Source of the DNA: Arcobacteraceae bacterium
GTDB taxonomy: Bacteria > Campylobacterota > Campylobacteria > Campylobacterales > Arcobacteraceae
Reading direction: 5' to 3'
NCBI GenBank assembly: GCA_965224485.1
Contig: CBDCZH010000019.1
Location: forward strand, 1-64,000
DNA length: 64,000 nt
The notes below the pieces were generated by a model. The model saw only the letters and a list, made by a program, of their open reading frames with translations, had not been told where the DNA came from and did not search any database. A program made the position numbers and the translations under genes. The number at the start of each line of letters is the position of its first letter. Positions within the stretch are counted from its first letter, which is position 1. Below, piece after piece: positions 53,962 through 64,000 of the stretch.

Positions 53962-55423
53962 AACTTATAATCTCTTTTTCTAACATAATATCTTTTAATT
54001 TATTTAAAGTATTTATATGTAAAGATAAATCTTTTTTAAGTTCTTCTTTTATTGTATTTAATACTTCATCAATGTTATTTGCCATTTTATACTCATTTAC
54101 CAAGGTTGCACAAAGTTCATAAGCAATTTTTAAATCATTACTATTAACTGCATATTTCTCTTTTTTTATAAGTTCAACCCCAATAGAACCAGCTAAATAA
54201 GATTTAATTTCTTCGTATAATTCACTTTTTGAAGGATAAACATTTTCACTCTTGGTAAAACCTTCTTGTAAAAGAGATATTTCTTCTTTTCGTACAAAAG
54301 CTTTAGCTGCTTGATAAATTGCTAAAATTTCTCTTTGTTTGTCATTTAATATTTTATTCTCTTTTTTTCCAAATTCTAACTTATTTTTAGCACTTAAAAT
54401 ATCTTGCTCACTAATAATAACTTCATCTCTTTTAATCATATTTAGTTTTGCTTCATTTATAAGAGTTGCAATAGCAGCAGAGCTAAAACCAGCAAGATTT
54501 AAAGTGAGTTTTTCTAAATCAAAAGAGTATTTACTTGATTTTAAATATAACTCTAAAATCTTTTTTCTATCTTCTATATTTGGTAAGCTCAAATGAACTC
54601 TTCTATCAAACCTTCCAGCTCGTAAAAGTGCATCATCTAATACTTCTACTTTATTAGAAGCAGCAATTACAATAACACCACTATCACCTTCAAAACCATC
54701 CATTTGTGTTAGAAGCTCATTTAAAGTAGCTTCTCTTTCATCATTAGAAGTTCCAGTTCTTTGTTTTCCTATTGCATCAATTTCATCTATAAATATAATA
54801 GCAGGAGCATTTGCTTTTGCTTTTAAAAATAATTCTCTTACTCTTTTAGCACCCATACCTACATAAATTTGCACAAAAGAAGCTCCACTTTGATAAAAAA
54901 ATGGAACATTAGCTTCACCAGCAACTGCACGTGCAATTAGGGTTTTACCAACTCCTGGAGGTCCTACTAATAAAACACCTTTTGGAAGTTTCACATCATA
55001 TTTAAAATATTTTTTGGGATTGTTTAAAAAATCAACTATCTCTTCTAGTTCTTCTTTTACACTTTTTATTCCAGCAACATCGCTAAAAGTAATATCTGAT
55101 TTAATTACATCAATACTTGAATCAAACTCTTCTTTTTTTTCTTTAACATTTACATTTGTTTGTTTTTGGTTTAATAAAGTATCAAACTTATTATTTTCAG
55201 CTCTTTTTTTTAAAATATAAGCTTGTATTTGTTTTTTATAAAATCTTGCTATTAATGAAATAACAAGAAGAAAAACTAAAAAAACAATACCTACAATATA
55301 TGAGCTACTTTGTATATATGAAGAACTTTTATAAATAGTATAAAAGAACAGTATAATTAAAGCAATAGAAGAAATTCCCATTAACTTTAAGTTTTTGTCT
55401 AAATTACTTGAATTTCGCGACAT
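53948..55423 (-). CDS. Membrane-anchored FtsH-like AAA ATPase (no clear HExxH)
   Basis: Two TMs, [25 protein letters not shown]; the protease motif position reads YQAAKA. Confidence 0.8.
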   Translation of the reverse strand: MSRNSSNLDKNLKLMGISSIALIILFFYTIYKSSSYIQSSSYIVGIVFLVFLLVISLIARFYKKQIQAYILKKRAENNKFDTLLNQKQTNVNVKEKKEEFDSSIDVIKSDITFSDVAGIKSVKEELEEIVDFLNNPKKYFKYDVKLPKGVLLVGPPGVGKTLIARAVAGEANVPFFYQSGASFVQIYVGMGAKRVRELFLKAKANAPAIIFIDEIDAIGKQRTGTSNDEREATLNELLTQMDGFEGDSGVIVIAASNKVEVLDDALLRAGRFDRRVHLSLPNIEDRKKILELYLKSSKYSFDLEKLTLNLAGFSSAAIATLINEAKLNMIKRDEVIISEQDILSAKNKLEFGKKENKILNDKQREILAIYQAAKAFVRKEEISLLQEGFTKSENVYPSKSELYEEIKSYLAGSIGVELIKKEKYAVNSNDLKIAYELCATLVNEYKMANNIDEVLNTIKEELKKDLSLHINTLNKLKDIMLEKEIISFDEL

Positions 55424-56672
55424 TTGTATTTGCCTTTACCTTATAATCATTTATAAATATCCAATCCCCTACTAAGTCAACTTCACTTTGTACTTCTATT
55501 TTATTAAAATATTGGTCAAGTCCTATATATGAACCATTTTTATACTCTTGTATTAAAATTTCTAGTGGTTTTGTATTATTTAATCTAAATGAAAAGTTTT
55601 TATTTTCTATTATTTTTATTAACTCATTATATCTTATTTTAGCAACATCACCTCTTACTTGGGCTTTCATCTGTGCACTTGGAGTTCCATCTCTTTTTGA
55701 GTAAGTAAAAGCATGAATATGCGTTAAAGGAAACTTTTGTAAGTTTATCATAGCTTCATTCCATAACTTATCAGTTTCACCTGGATGACCAACTATAAAA
55801 TCAGTTCCTAAAGCATAAGAGTTTGAGCTTAAAAACTCAAAAAGTTCTAAATCTTTTAACACTTTATTTCTTCTATTCATAATACTTAACATTTCAATAC
55901 TAGTATGTTGAAGTGCTATATGCATATGTTTTGACATAAAAGGTTCGTTAATTATTTCTTTAAATTCATCATCAATTTGAATAGGTTCAACACTACCAAG
56001 TCTTATACGTCGCACACCTTTTATAAGTGAGATTTTTTTAAGAAGTTTAGCTAAAGAAGTGTGTTGTTTTTTACCATAAGAACCTACATTTGTTCCTGTT
56101 AAAATAAACTCACCAAAACCATTATTAGCTAATGTTCTGATTTGTTCTAATATTTTATCTTCCTTGTAAGATCTTGCATCCCCTCTTACATAAGGAATAA
56201 TACAGTAAGAACATCTGAAATCACAACCTTCTTGAACTTTTATAAAAGCTCTACTTTTTCCAATAAATTCTTCAACTATAGTACTATCTAAATGTTTTAA
56301 ATCACCAGCATCAAAAAATCTTTCTTCTTTTAATAAAAGCTCATTAATTTCTTCTTTTTTAGAATGACCAAATAAAGAATCAACTTTTTTCTCTTTAAAT
56401 AAACTCTCACCCTTAGTCCAAACCCCGCAACCTGTAAAAACAACACGTGGTTTATTTGGCAACCTATTTAAAGAGTTAATATATCCTCTAGCAGTTGAAT
56501 CAGCTGAATTTGTAACAGTACAGGAGTTAATTACAACAATACTAGCTTCTTTTTCATCCAAAGTCACTTCAAAATCTTTTAAATTACTCATCATAACTTG
56601 CGTATCAAAAACATTAGTACGACAACCAAAAGTTTTAAAAAAAACTTTTGGTTTAGAAATAGAAAAACTCAT
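55404..56672 (-). CDS. mtaB: tRNA t6A37 methylthiotransferase
   Basis: TFGCRTN, INSCTVT, QEGCDFRCSYC, FTYSKRDGT. Confidence 0.9.
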   Translation of the reverse strand: MSFSISKPKVFFKTFGCRTNVFDTQVMMSNLKDFEVTLDEKEASIVVINSCTVTNSADSTARGYINSLNRLPNKPRVVFTGCGVWTKGESLFKEKKVDSLFGHSKKEEINELLLKEERFFDAGDLKHLDSTIVEEFIGKSRAFIKVQEGCDFRCSYCIIPYVRGDARSYKEDKILEQIRTLANNGFGEFILTGTNVGSYGKKQHTSLAKLLKKISLIKGVRRIRLGSVEPIQIDDEFKEIINEPFMSKHMHIALQHTSIEMLSIMNRRNKVLKDLELFEFLSSNSYALGTDFIVGHPGETDKLWNEAMINLQKFPLTHIHAFTYSKRDGTPSAQMKAQVRGDVAKIRYNELIKIIENKNFSFRLNNTKPLEILIQEYKNGSYIGLDQYFNKIEVQSEVDLVGDWIFINDYKVKANTNVAKFK

Positions 56673-58345
56673 TAAACTAGACCCCCACTAAGATCAGGTA
56701 GATCACTTGGTTTTTCTCTTTTTTCATTTGCTCTATTATCATTTATATTAATACTTTGAGTAGGATAAGCAATATGAATATCATCTTCTTTCATAAATGC
56801 AGTTAATATTTCAGGACTCATAGTACTTCTTAAAACTAAAGCAGAATAAGAGTTAGTTAAATACCAAGCGGAAATAACTATTCCATAAGGTTCAACAAAG
56901 GTATAAACTCTGGGTTCAACACCTGTTGCTCTTAAAGAGTATTTACTTCTTAGTTTTGATAACTGAGCTCTTGTAATATCAGCATAACCTTTTGAATAAT
57001 GTTTTAAAATCTCTTTTGCTATGTGTTGTGCTTTTTTATAATTTGAATCGTAAGTAATAGTAATATCAATACCATCCCAAACTGTTCTTAAACCAGCATG
57101 AGTATAGTTAGCAATCATTTCAGAAAATACATAATTATTTGGAATAAAAAATATTCTTCCTGTTCTTCTATTTGTAGTATATGCAGTTAACGTAATATCT
57201 TCACGTATAGTCATTTTAAATAAAGAAATATCTAAAACATCACCAACAGCTTCAACCCCACCTCTAGTTACTTTAATTCTATCTCCAACAGTTATAGAAC
57301 CAGACGTCACAATTACCATCCAACCAAAAATAGACATGAACCAATCTTTTAAAGCAATAGCAATACCAGCAGAGGCAAATCCTAAAATAGTAATTAAATA
57401 TGAAACATTATCAATATAAGAAAACATTACAATCATAATAATAATAAAACCTAAAAGAAAATTAATTACTTTATTCGTCATATAATAATTTTCATTTTGT
57501 GAAAAGTATTTTTTAAGAGCTAATTTAATTAAAAAAGATATTACAAAAATTGAAAAGATAATAGTTAAAATGAAAAATGTTTTTTCAATTTGAATAGAAA
57601 TAGCTTCTTTTGCTTCAAGTATAACTTGCTCTAGTTTTCTATTATATACTTCTTGCGTAGTTGAAACAATATCTAAAACAATTGTGAAATCTTTTTTCTG
57701 CTTATCTAAAATATTTACTTGTTTTTCATATTCATCTTTAAAATCTAAATTATAAAGATCTAAATAAGCATATAATTTTTTCTCAAGTAAATCAGTTAAA
57801 AGTTCAATATCATCTTTTATTGAATCAAACTCTTTTTCATGATTTTGCATTTTTTTGATAAAAGAAAGTGTATTTATAATTCCAAAAGGATTAGTTATAG
57901 TTTCTTCTTTTTCTATTTCAGGAGGATTAATTAAACTTCCAATTGGAGAGTCTTTATATTCTGCAATTAATTCTAACTCATTTTGTTTTATTCTTCGTTT
58001 ATTATTTAGTTGATAAGTAAGCTCAATAGCATGCTCACCACTTTTTTTAGTGATTTTTTTTAAATCATTTTCAACATTTCTTAAATCTTTAAAAATTTTT
58101 CTATATGCTAAATGATTCGCATATCTTTTTAATAAAATATTATCTTGTAATATTAAATCAATCTCTTTTATTTTTTCTTTTAAGTTATATATCTTTGTTA
58201 AATCTTCTTTAGATTTTTTTAAAACAATAGTAATATTTTCTGTTTTATTTTCTATAATAAGTTTGTTTTTATCAATATCTTTGTCACTTGCAGAAATATT
58301 TAAAACAATAAAAAAGCTAAAAAATATAGCAGTTATTTTTCTCAA
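56672..58345 (-). CDS. MscS-family mechanosensitive channel
   Basis: LGFASAGIAIALKD, VGDRI, IPNN, C-terminal IAYP. Confidence 0.85.
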   Translation of the reverse strand: MRKITAIFFSFFIVLNISASDKDIDKNKLIIENKTENITIVLKKSKEDLTKIYNLKEKIKEIDLILQDNILLKRYANHLAYRKIFKDLRNVENDLKKITKKSGEHAIELTYQLNNKRRIKQNELELIAEYKDSPIGSLINPPEIEKEETITNPFGIINTLSFIKKMQNHEKEFDSIKDDIELLTDLLEKKLYAYLDLYNLDFKDEYEKQVNILDKQKKDFTIVLDIVSTTQEVYNRKLEQVILEAKEAISIQIEKTFFILTIIFSIFVISFLIKLALKKYFSQNENYYMTNKVINFLLGFIIIMIVMFSYIDNVSYLITILGFASAGIAIALKDWFMSIFGWMVIVTSGSITVGDRIKVTRGGVEAVGDVLDISLFKMTIREDITLTAYTTNRRTGRIFFIPNNYVFSEMIANYTHAGLRTVWDGIDITITYDSNYKKAQHIAKEILKHYSKGYADITRAQLSKLRSKYSLRATGVEPRVYTFVEPYGIVISAWYLTNSYSALVLRSTMSPEILTAFMKEDDIHIAYPTQSININDNRANEKREKPSDLPDLSGGLV

Positions 58346-59379
58346 GCAAAATCCTTTAATACAGACATAACATCTTCTTTTTTAACTTCATTTGTAATAA
58401 TGAAATCACCTAAACCACGAGCAAGTATAAATTTTATTTTATTATCTAAACTTTTTTTATCTAAAAAGAAATGCTCATAAAATTCTTCTACATCTTTTAT
58501 TTTATACGAAGTAGGTATATTATATTTTAAAAGTAAATTTTTCACTCTGTTAACTTCATCTTGACTCATTAAATCTAGTCTCAAAGAAAGTTCATTTGCA
58601 ATTATTATTCCAATACCAACAGCTTCACCGTGTAAGTAAGTATTATAATTTGTTTCATTCTCAATTACATGAGCAAAGGTATGACCATAATTTAAAGCAG
58701 CTCTTATACCTTTTTCTTTTTCATCTTGATTTACAACAGAACTTTTAGTTAGAACTGATTTTAAAATGGCTGTTTTAATATTTTCTTCATTATCTAAAGG
58801 GTTTTCTTCTAACCAAGTAAAAAAACCTTTATTAAAAGTAACTGCCATTTTTATAATTTCAGAAATTCCAGCGCTTAGTTCTCTTTTTGGAAGGGTACTT
58901 AGAAAATAAGGATCAATATGTACACAAAGGGGCTGATGAAAAGCACCTAGAAGGTTTTTCCCATATTTATTATTAACTCCTGTTTTTCCACCAACACTTG
59001 CATCAACTTGAGCTAATAAAGTAGTAGGAATTTGAATAAAATCTATACCTCTTTGATAAATCGATGCTGCAAAACCAGTCATATCACCAATAACACCACC
59101 ACCAAAAGCGATTAGAATTGAGCTTCTGTTTAGTTTATGCTCAAAACAATGATTTAAAATAAGCTCTAAGGTTTGCATATTTTTATATTTTTCACCATCA
59201 GGAACGGTACAAATTGAATAGTCAGGTATTTTTAATCTTTGTTTTAAGTACTCTAAGTGTAAAGAACTCACAGTTGGGTTTGTTACTATTACAACTTTTT
59301 TATTTATAATAATACTTTTAAGTTTATCAATAGTAACATCATATGAAATATCATTTTCTAGTTTTACATTTACAATCAT
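58342..59379 (-). CDS. aroB: 3-dehydroquinate synthase
   Basis: GGGVIGDM, PTTLLAQVDASVGGKTG, LNYGHTFAH, HGEAV. Confidence 0.96.
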   Translation of the reverse strand: MIVNVKLENDISYDVTIDKLKSIIINKKVVIVTNPTVSSLHLEYLKQRLKIPDYSICTVPDGEKYKNMQTLELILNHCFEHKLNRSSILIAFGGGVIGDMTGFAASIYQRGIDFIQIPTTLLAQVDASVGGKTGVNNKYGKNLLGAFHQPLCVHIDPYFLSTLPKRELSAGISEIIKMAVTFNKGFFTWLEENPLDNEENIKTAILKSVLTKSSVVNQDEKEKGIRAALNYGHTFAHVIENETNYNTYLHGEAVGIGIIIANELSLRLDLMSQDEVNRVKNLLLKYNIPTSYKIKDVEEFYEHFFLDKKSLDNKIKFILARGLGDFIITNEVKKEDVMSVLKDFA

Positions 59380-59515
59380 TTTATATTATCCAAGCTTTAT
59401 AAAGTATAAGGATTATAGCTAAAAAGATTTAAAAAAAACTGATTAAATTCTTATTTAATCAAGATGTAAAACTAGGTATTTTAAAAGAATAATATCTTTA
59501 CTTTTTTCTTTTATA

Positions 59516-62026
59516 TCAACGTAAGGTAAATCGTTTTTTTCGTAATATCTCTTTATCAACTTCTAAAACTAATTCTGTTCTTTGACTTCTAGTTAATATA
59601 TTATAATCATAGGGTATTTTTGAAGAATATACTTCTACAAAATCTAGATTTTTTTCTAAAAAAGTATAAAGTTCATTTTTTTTATTTTTTTCATATGATT
59701 CAAGTAAAAACTCATTGGCTTCTTTAAACTTTTTAGTAAAAATTAATTTGTTTTCTTTATTATCATATTTTACAGACTTATTAAAATCAAGAAACATTTT
59801 AGTATAAAAATTAAATATATTTATTATAGGATTATAAAAATTACTATTATTTATTAAATCAATAACTCTTTTGACTTTTGCTTGAATTTCTCCTGGACGA
59901 AAAGAATAAAAGTGAAGTAAGGATTCAAAATTACGTTCTTCTTGTGTTTTTTTAGAATCATTACTTGAAGTATTATTATTATCTTTTATATTTCCTTTGT
60001 ATAAAATATCTTTTATCTCTTGGGCATCATCACGTGAAATCAACCCCTTAGAACTAAAAGCATCTTCTTCCATCATTTGTTTAATTAAGGGTAAATATTT
60101 TTTATTTTTAACAAAATAAGAAGAAAATAGTTGAAAGGTAGTTATATTTAAACTATTTTTTACAGTATTAATTAAATATACATAAGAAGCAATCAATTTA
60201 GTTAATTCATCAAAAGTCTCTTGTTCTCTACTAGAGGGTATGAAATCAATTATTCCTTGAAGTAAAGAGTTCATAAGATTTGATATAAGATTTATACTAT
60301 CTTTATTTGAATGAAAAAAAGAATCATTGTTAAACCTATATAATATTGAAAAATTTTGCACTTCTTCTAAAATAGTTTCTTCTGTATCTTTATCTTTAGG
60401 CTGAAAAAACATACTTAAGTCATAAGAAGAAGAAAGAACAGTACATCCTCCAAGATTTTTATCTTTAAAATCTAGACTTAACTTTGTTTTATTCGCATAT
60501 TCATCATATGATTTTAATAATTTTTTTATTTTTTTATTAAAATTTGGAAGTTCTTTTATTTTGGAATCATATTTTACTTTATTATCTTCTTCTTTTATAA
60601 TATTGTCATAAGTAATAATAAAGTTTTGCCACTCATTAAACATAGAAATTAATAAAGGGTGTTTTTCTCCTAAAGAAAAAGAGTCTTCTTTAATATTTTT
60701 ATTTAATAAAACATTTTTAATTTCTTTGGCTTCCTTAAGTGTAATAATTCCATCTTCACTAAAAGAGTTTGAATATAATAATTTTTTTATTAATACTGTA
60801 CGTTTTTCATCTTTTTCAAAATAAAATTTTATAATATCAAGAGTATTTATATTTAATGAATTTATTAGTGTATTAAAAATATGAATATAAGAAATAATTA
60901 GTTCATATAAATCATCTAAATATTTTATTTGTGTTTCTTTAGATAAAATTTTTATTTTATCTTGAAGTAATGAATTAAGAAGATTAGAAATAAAATTTCT
61001 AATTTTTATATTTTTACTTGTAAAATCATAAGGTTTTATTTCATATTCAATAGAAAATCTTATAATTTCTTCAATCATACTTTTTTTATGAGAATTCTTT
61101 AAAAGTCTTACCTTAGGAAAAGGTACTATTTTAGAAGGGTATTGTCTTAAGTCTTTAGCACAAATAGTTCCAAAACAACTAGGATTAAAATATAAACGAG
61201 CATATATATTATTTACAAATTTTTCATATTCTTCAAGCTGGTAAAATATTTCAACACTTTTAGTTAAGTTATCAAAAAAATACTTTAACTCTTTATGTTT
61301 AGAATCTATTGCAAAATCAAGTATTTTAAACATAAGTCTAGCATCTTTATATTTAGAAAAACTAATAAAATATCTATGTAGTTCATCCATGGCACAATTA
61401 AAAGCAAAAGTTTCTTTTTTATCATATATACCTGACAAAGTAGAGCACCTAAGTACCCTTGTTTCATATAAAGTATCACAAAAAACTCTTATATTAAAAG
61501 AATCAGTAGCAATTTTATTATAATCAACATTATCAGAAAATTTCTTAGAAAACTTGTCATTCTTTATTTTAAAATTATACTCATCAAGAACATCAAAAAG
61601 TAGTTTTTCATCTTTACTATTATTCATATATTGTGATAAATAAGAAAAAAGTTCATTTCTCATTTTTTTGCTTCGTTCTAAAGTAGTATCACTATAGGCA
61701 TAAAAGAATTCTTCATTACAACGAGCCTGTACTTGAGTCATTAACTTCATTAAATTAGAATAAATCTCTTTTTTATTATCTAAACTATGAGTTCTACTAA
61801 CAATAGCTTTTGATACTTGTCTAGTTTTTAAAAGTTTTATAAAATCATAGTATTTAAAATATTCTGCTTGAGCTTGTAATTCTTTTACTAAATACCCTTC
61901 AAGGTTTTCAAAACGTACTTTACCATGAATAGAAATTATATCTTTTTTAATTAAATCAAAAGATACATTATTATCAATTTTTTCTTGATACTCTTTAAAT
62001 AATATACTTCGTTCTGGTTTATTCAT
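59516..62026 (-). CDS. Hypothetical 836-aa protein with an internal duplication of about 105 aa
   Basis: Long ORF with AAGGT RBS and no recognised motif; two similar helical blocks. Confidence 0.6.
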   Translation of the reverse strand: MNKPERSILFKEYQEKIDNNVSFDLIKKDIISIHGKVRFENLEGYLVKELQAQAEYFKYYDFIKLLKTRQVSKAIVSRTHSLDNKKEIYSNLMKLMTQVQARCNEEFFYAYSDTTLERSKKMRNELFSYLSQYMNNSKDEKLLFDVLDEYNFKIKNDKFSKKFSDNVDYNKIATDSFNIRVFCDTLYETRVLRCSTLSGIYDKKETFAFNCAMDELHRYFISFSKYKDARLMFKILDFAIDSKHKELKYFFDNLTKSVEIFYQLEEYEKFVNNIYARLYFNPSCFGTICAKDLRQYPSKIVPFPKVRLLKNSHKKSMIEEIIRFSIEYEIKPYDFTSKNIKIRNFISNLLNSLLQDKIKILSKETQIKYLDDLYELIISYIHIFNTLINSLNINTLDIIKFYFEKDEKRTVLIKKLLYSNSFSEDGIITLKEAKEIKNVLLNKNIKEDSFSLGEKHPLLISMFNEWQNFIITYDNIIKEEDNKVKYDSKIKELPNFNKKIKKLLKSYDEYANKTKLSLDFKDKNLGGCTVLSSSYDLSMFFQPKDKDTEETILEEVQNFSILYRFNNDSFFHSNKDSINLISNLMNSLLQGIIDFIPSSREQETFDELTKLIASYVYLINTVKNSLNITTFQLFSSYFVKNKKYLPLIKQMMEEDAFSSKGLISRDDAQEIKDILYKGNIKDNNNTSSNDSKKTQEERNFESLLHFYSFRPGEIQAKVKRVIDLINNSNFYNPIINIFNFYTKMFLDFNKSVKYDNKENKLIFTKKFKEANEFLLESYEKNKKNELYTFLEKNLDFVEVYSSKIPYDYNILTRSQRTELVLEVDKEILRKKRFTLR

Positions 62027-62149
62027 ATTAGTTTTACCTTTATTTCATCACTTTGTATTATATTTTTGACATAATTAACTTAAGGCAAAAAAAATTAAAA
62101 AATATTAATATGAAAAATGATATTTATTTTATAGTTATAAATTAAGAAG

Positions 62150-62225
62150 TGGCGACCCCAGCAAGATTTGAACTTGCGTGTTCTGGAGGAAATCCAGACG
62201 TCCTTGGCCACTAGACGACGGGGTC
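62150..62225 (-). tRNA. tRNA-Glu(TTC), atypical anticodon loop
   Basis: Cloverleaf GACCCCG-TC-GTCT..GGAC-G-TCTGG-ATTTCCT-CCAGA..GCAAGTTCAAATCTTGC-TGGGGTC-G-CCA. Confidence 0.8.
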
Positions 62226-62350
62226 ATTTTTAAAATGAATGGAATTATATTTTACTTTCATTTGATTTTTGCTTAAAGATCTATTTTTAAACAAAAGATT
62301 CTTATATTCGTTAATATTATTTTTACTAGCAGGTATAGAATATATATATA

Positions 62351-62384
62351 AAGTGAGCTAAAAACTTATGTTTTAACTCACCTT
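62351..62384 (-). terminator. Weak terminator-like hairpin after the RTX gene
   Basis: GTGAGCTAAAA...TTTTAACTCAC imperfect stem. Confidence 0.4.
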
Positions 62385-62402
62385 AAGAAGTTATTTATTT
62401 AC

Positions 62403-64000
62403 TTATATATCTGTTACTGTAATATCTTCATCTATATAAAGAGTAATATCATCATTAGTCCATACATTAAATACTTCGCCATCATCAGTTATTTTAGCAT
62501 CAGATTTAATCCAATTATCATCAGAAGTATTATCATCACTTAAACCTATTTCATCACCTTTATCACCAATGATTTTTAATATATTTTCATCATCAGTCAT
62601 TTTAAGTACATCTTGTGCTTGAACATTTGTTAAACTATCAGCTTGATTATTACTTAAATCAAGAGCTTCAATATTTCTTACATTTTGTGCTAAAGAGGCA
62701 AAATCTAAGATCATATCATCTTCAATAATTAAAGTATCTTTTCCTTCCCCTGCATCAATACTTTCACTAACACCAAATACAACTTCATCATCTCCTGCAC
62801 CATATTTAGTTAGAGTATTAGTATCATTATTCTGCTCTTCAGTAGCTGTTACACTTCCTTGGATTGAATTTCTTTCATCTGTGCTTAACTCTCTTGTACT
62901 ATCCATATGAACAGAAGCTACACCTTGTTCATTTGTAGGAACTGTATAAGAACCATCATCATTTGCTTCAATACCTCTAATACTTACACCAGAGGGAAGT
63001 TTAACACTAAGAGATGATAAAGTCTCACTACCATCAGTATCACTTAAATCTGCATATAGAGTTAAACTATACGTATATGATGATATAGATTCTTCTAAAG
63101 TAATGGTTTTATCATCAAATTTAAGATTTTCAATATTTTTAACAAGTACATTAAAAAGTGAAGTTTCATTATTCCAATAATCAATTGAAACAATTTTATA
63201 CGTTCCATCTAAATTATCAGTAATTTTATAATCAGAACTATTACCTTTTAATATTAAAGTATCATTTCCATCTTCACCATCAATAAAACCACTTTTTGAA
63301 GAATAATATGAATAATCTTTATTTTCTATAATATCATTACCTTCACCTAAAGTATATGATATATTATTTCCACCTAACATTTGAACATAATCATTTCCAG
63401 AACCTGTATCAATACTTGAATTATTATGATCTACATAACTATTATCTTCAATTCTATCATCACCCAAACCAGTATTAATTACAAGTTGGTTTCCATATGA
63501 TTGTACTTTTATTAAATCATCACCTTCTTGGCTATCAATTCTTATATTATTCCCTTGAGCCATTTTAATATAATCATTTCCTTCTCCAGAAATAACTGAT
63601 TTATTATTACCGTCTTTTAAAATTATTTTATCATCTTCACTTGTTCCTGCAAGAACTTCATTATGTTCCCAATAAGAACCTTTTATTGTATTGTCTTTCC
63701 CATAATCATTTCCATGATCAATATGAGTAGAATCTTGATTTTTAAGACCAGAAGAAACAATTATTTCAAGTTTAGGTGCTGAGGCACTAGCTTCTATTAT
63801 ATTTAAACTAACACTTGATACATCAGATTCAAGACCAGTATTATCAAGTGCACTATAAGTAAAACTAGCATTGTTTGAACTTGTATTATTTGAGAAGTAA
63901 GTAAACTCACTATTTTCACTTACAATATCACCAAGTTCAAGAACTCTTTTTCCTATTCTTATCTCACCATCACTAGGTAATGAAGTAATCTTAATGCTAA
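62403..64000 (-). CDS. C-terminal part of a large RTX/T1SS-secreted adhesin-like protein (5' end outside the window)
   Basis: The frame stays open to the window edge; GxGxD repeats (GEGND, GLGDD, GSGND), acidic composition, T1SS-type tail IEALDLS..VLKMTD..LKIIGD. Confidence 0.8.
   Translation of the reverse strand, partial: SIKITSLPSDGEIRIGKRVLELGDIVSENSEFTYFSNNTSSNNASFTYSALDNTGLESDVSSVSLNIIEASASAPKLEIIVSSGLKNQDSTHIDHGNDYGKDNTIKGSYWEHNEVLAGTSEDDKIILKDGNNKSVISGEGNDYIKMAQGNNIRIDSQEGDDLIKVQSYGNQLVINTGLGDDRIEDNSYVDHNNSSIDTGSGNDYVQMLGGNNISYTLGEGNDIIENKDYSYYSSKSGFIDGEDGNDTLILKGNSSDYKITDNLDGTYKIVSIDYWNNETSLFNVLVKNIENLKFDDKTITLEESISSYTYSLTLYADLSDTDGSETLSSLSVKLPSGVSIRGIEANDDGSYTVPTNEQGVASVHMDSTRELSTDERNSIQGSVTATEEQNNDTNTLTKYGAGDDEVVFGVSESIDAGEGKDTLIIEDDMILDFASLAQNVRNIEALDLSNNQADSLTNVQAQDVLKMTDDENILKIIGDKGDEIGLSDDNTSDDNWIKSDAKITDDGEVFNVWTNDDITLYIDEDITVTDI

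Overview
This is an AT-rich Campylobacterota chromosome segment that looks like Arcobacteraceae (inferred from gene content such as ccsBA, bioV, mutS2 and a gamma-type aceEF-lpdA). Most of it is housekeeping or signalling: cmoB, ccsBA, pepD, an Mla/MCE operon, four c-di-GMP enzymes, a TonB receptor/AraC pair, ligA, dsbC, mdh, lipA, the PDH operon, dapE, mutS2, mog, mtaB, aroB, two tRNAs and the end of an RTX/T1SS protein. An accessory island at about 19.8-28.5 kb has three layers. (1) A complete IS110 element (21264-22543) whose bridge RNA can be read from the sequence: all four guide segments match the element ends and flanks around a duplicated CT core. (2) A family of about 300-bp, covarying, nested-hairpin repeats, which is the target of that IS110. 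(3) Two homologous promoter plus attI-like platforms with no integrase in the window, followed by integron-type cassettes. These carry a SHOCT protein, a HEPN protein with a phage-tail-like N-terminus, an AAA_21 + RloB/TOPRIM-like pair and one intact attC, with decayed brnTA and dinJ-yafQ toxin-antitoxin modules alongside. Four single-base frameshifts (HD-GYP gene, lipA, aceE twice) may be assembly errors. All calls are by eye; no database searches or folding programs were run.
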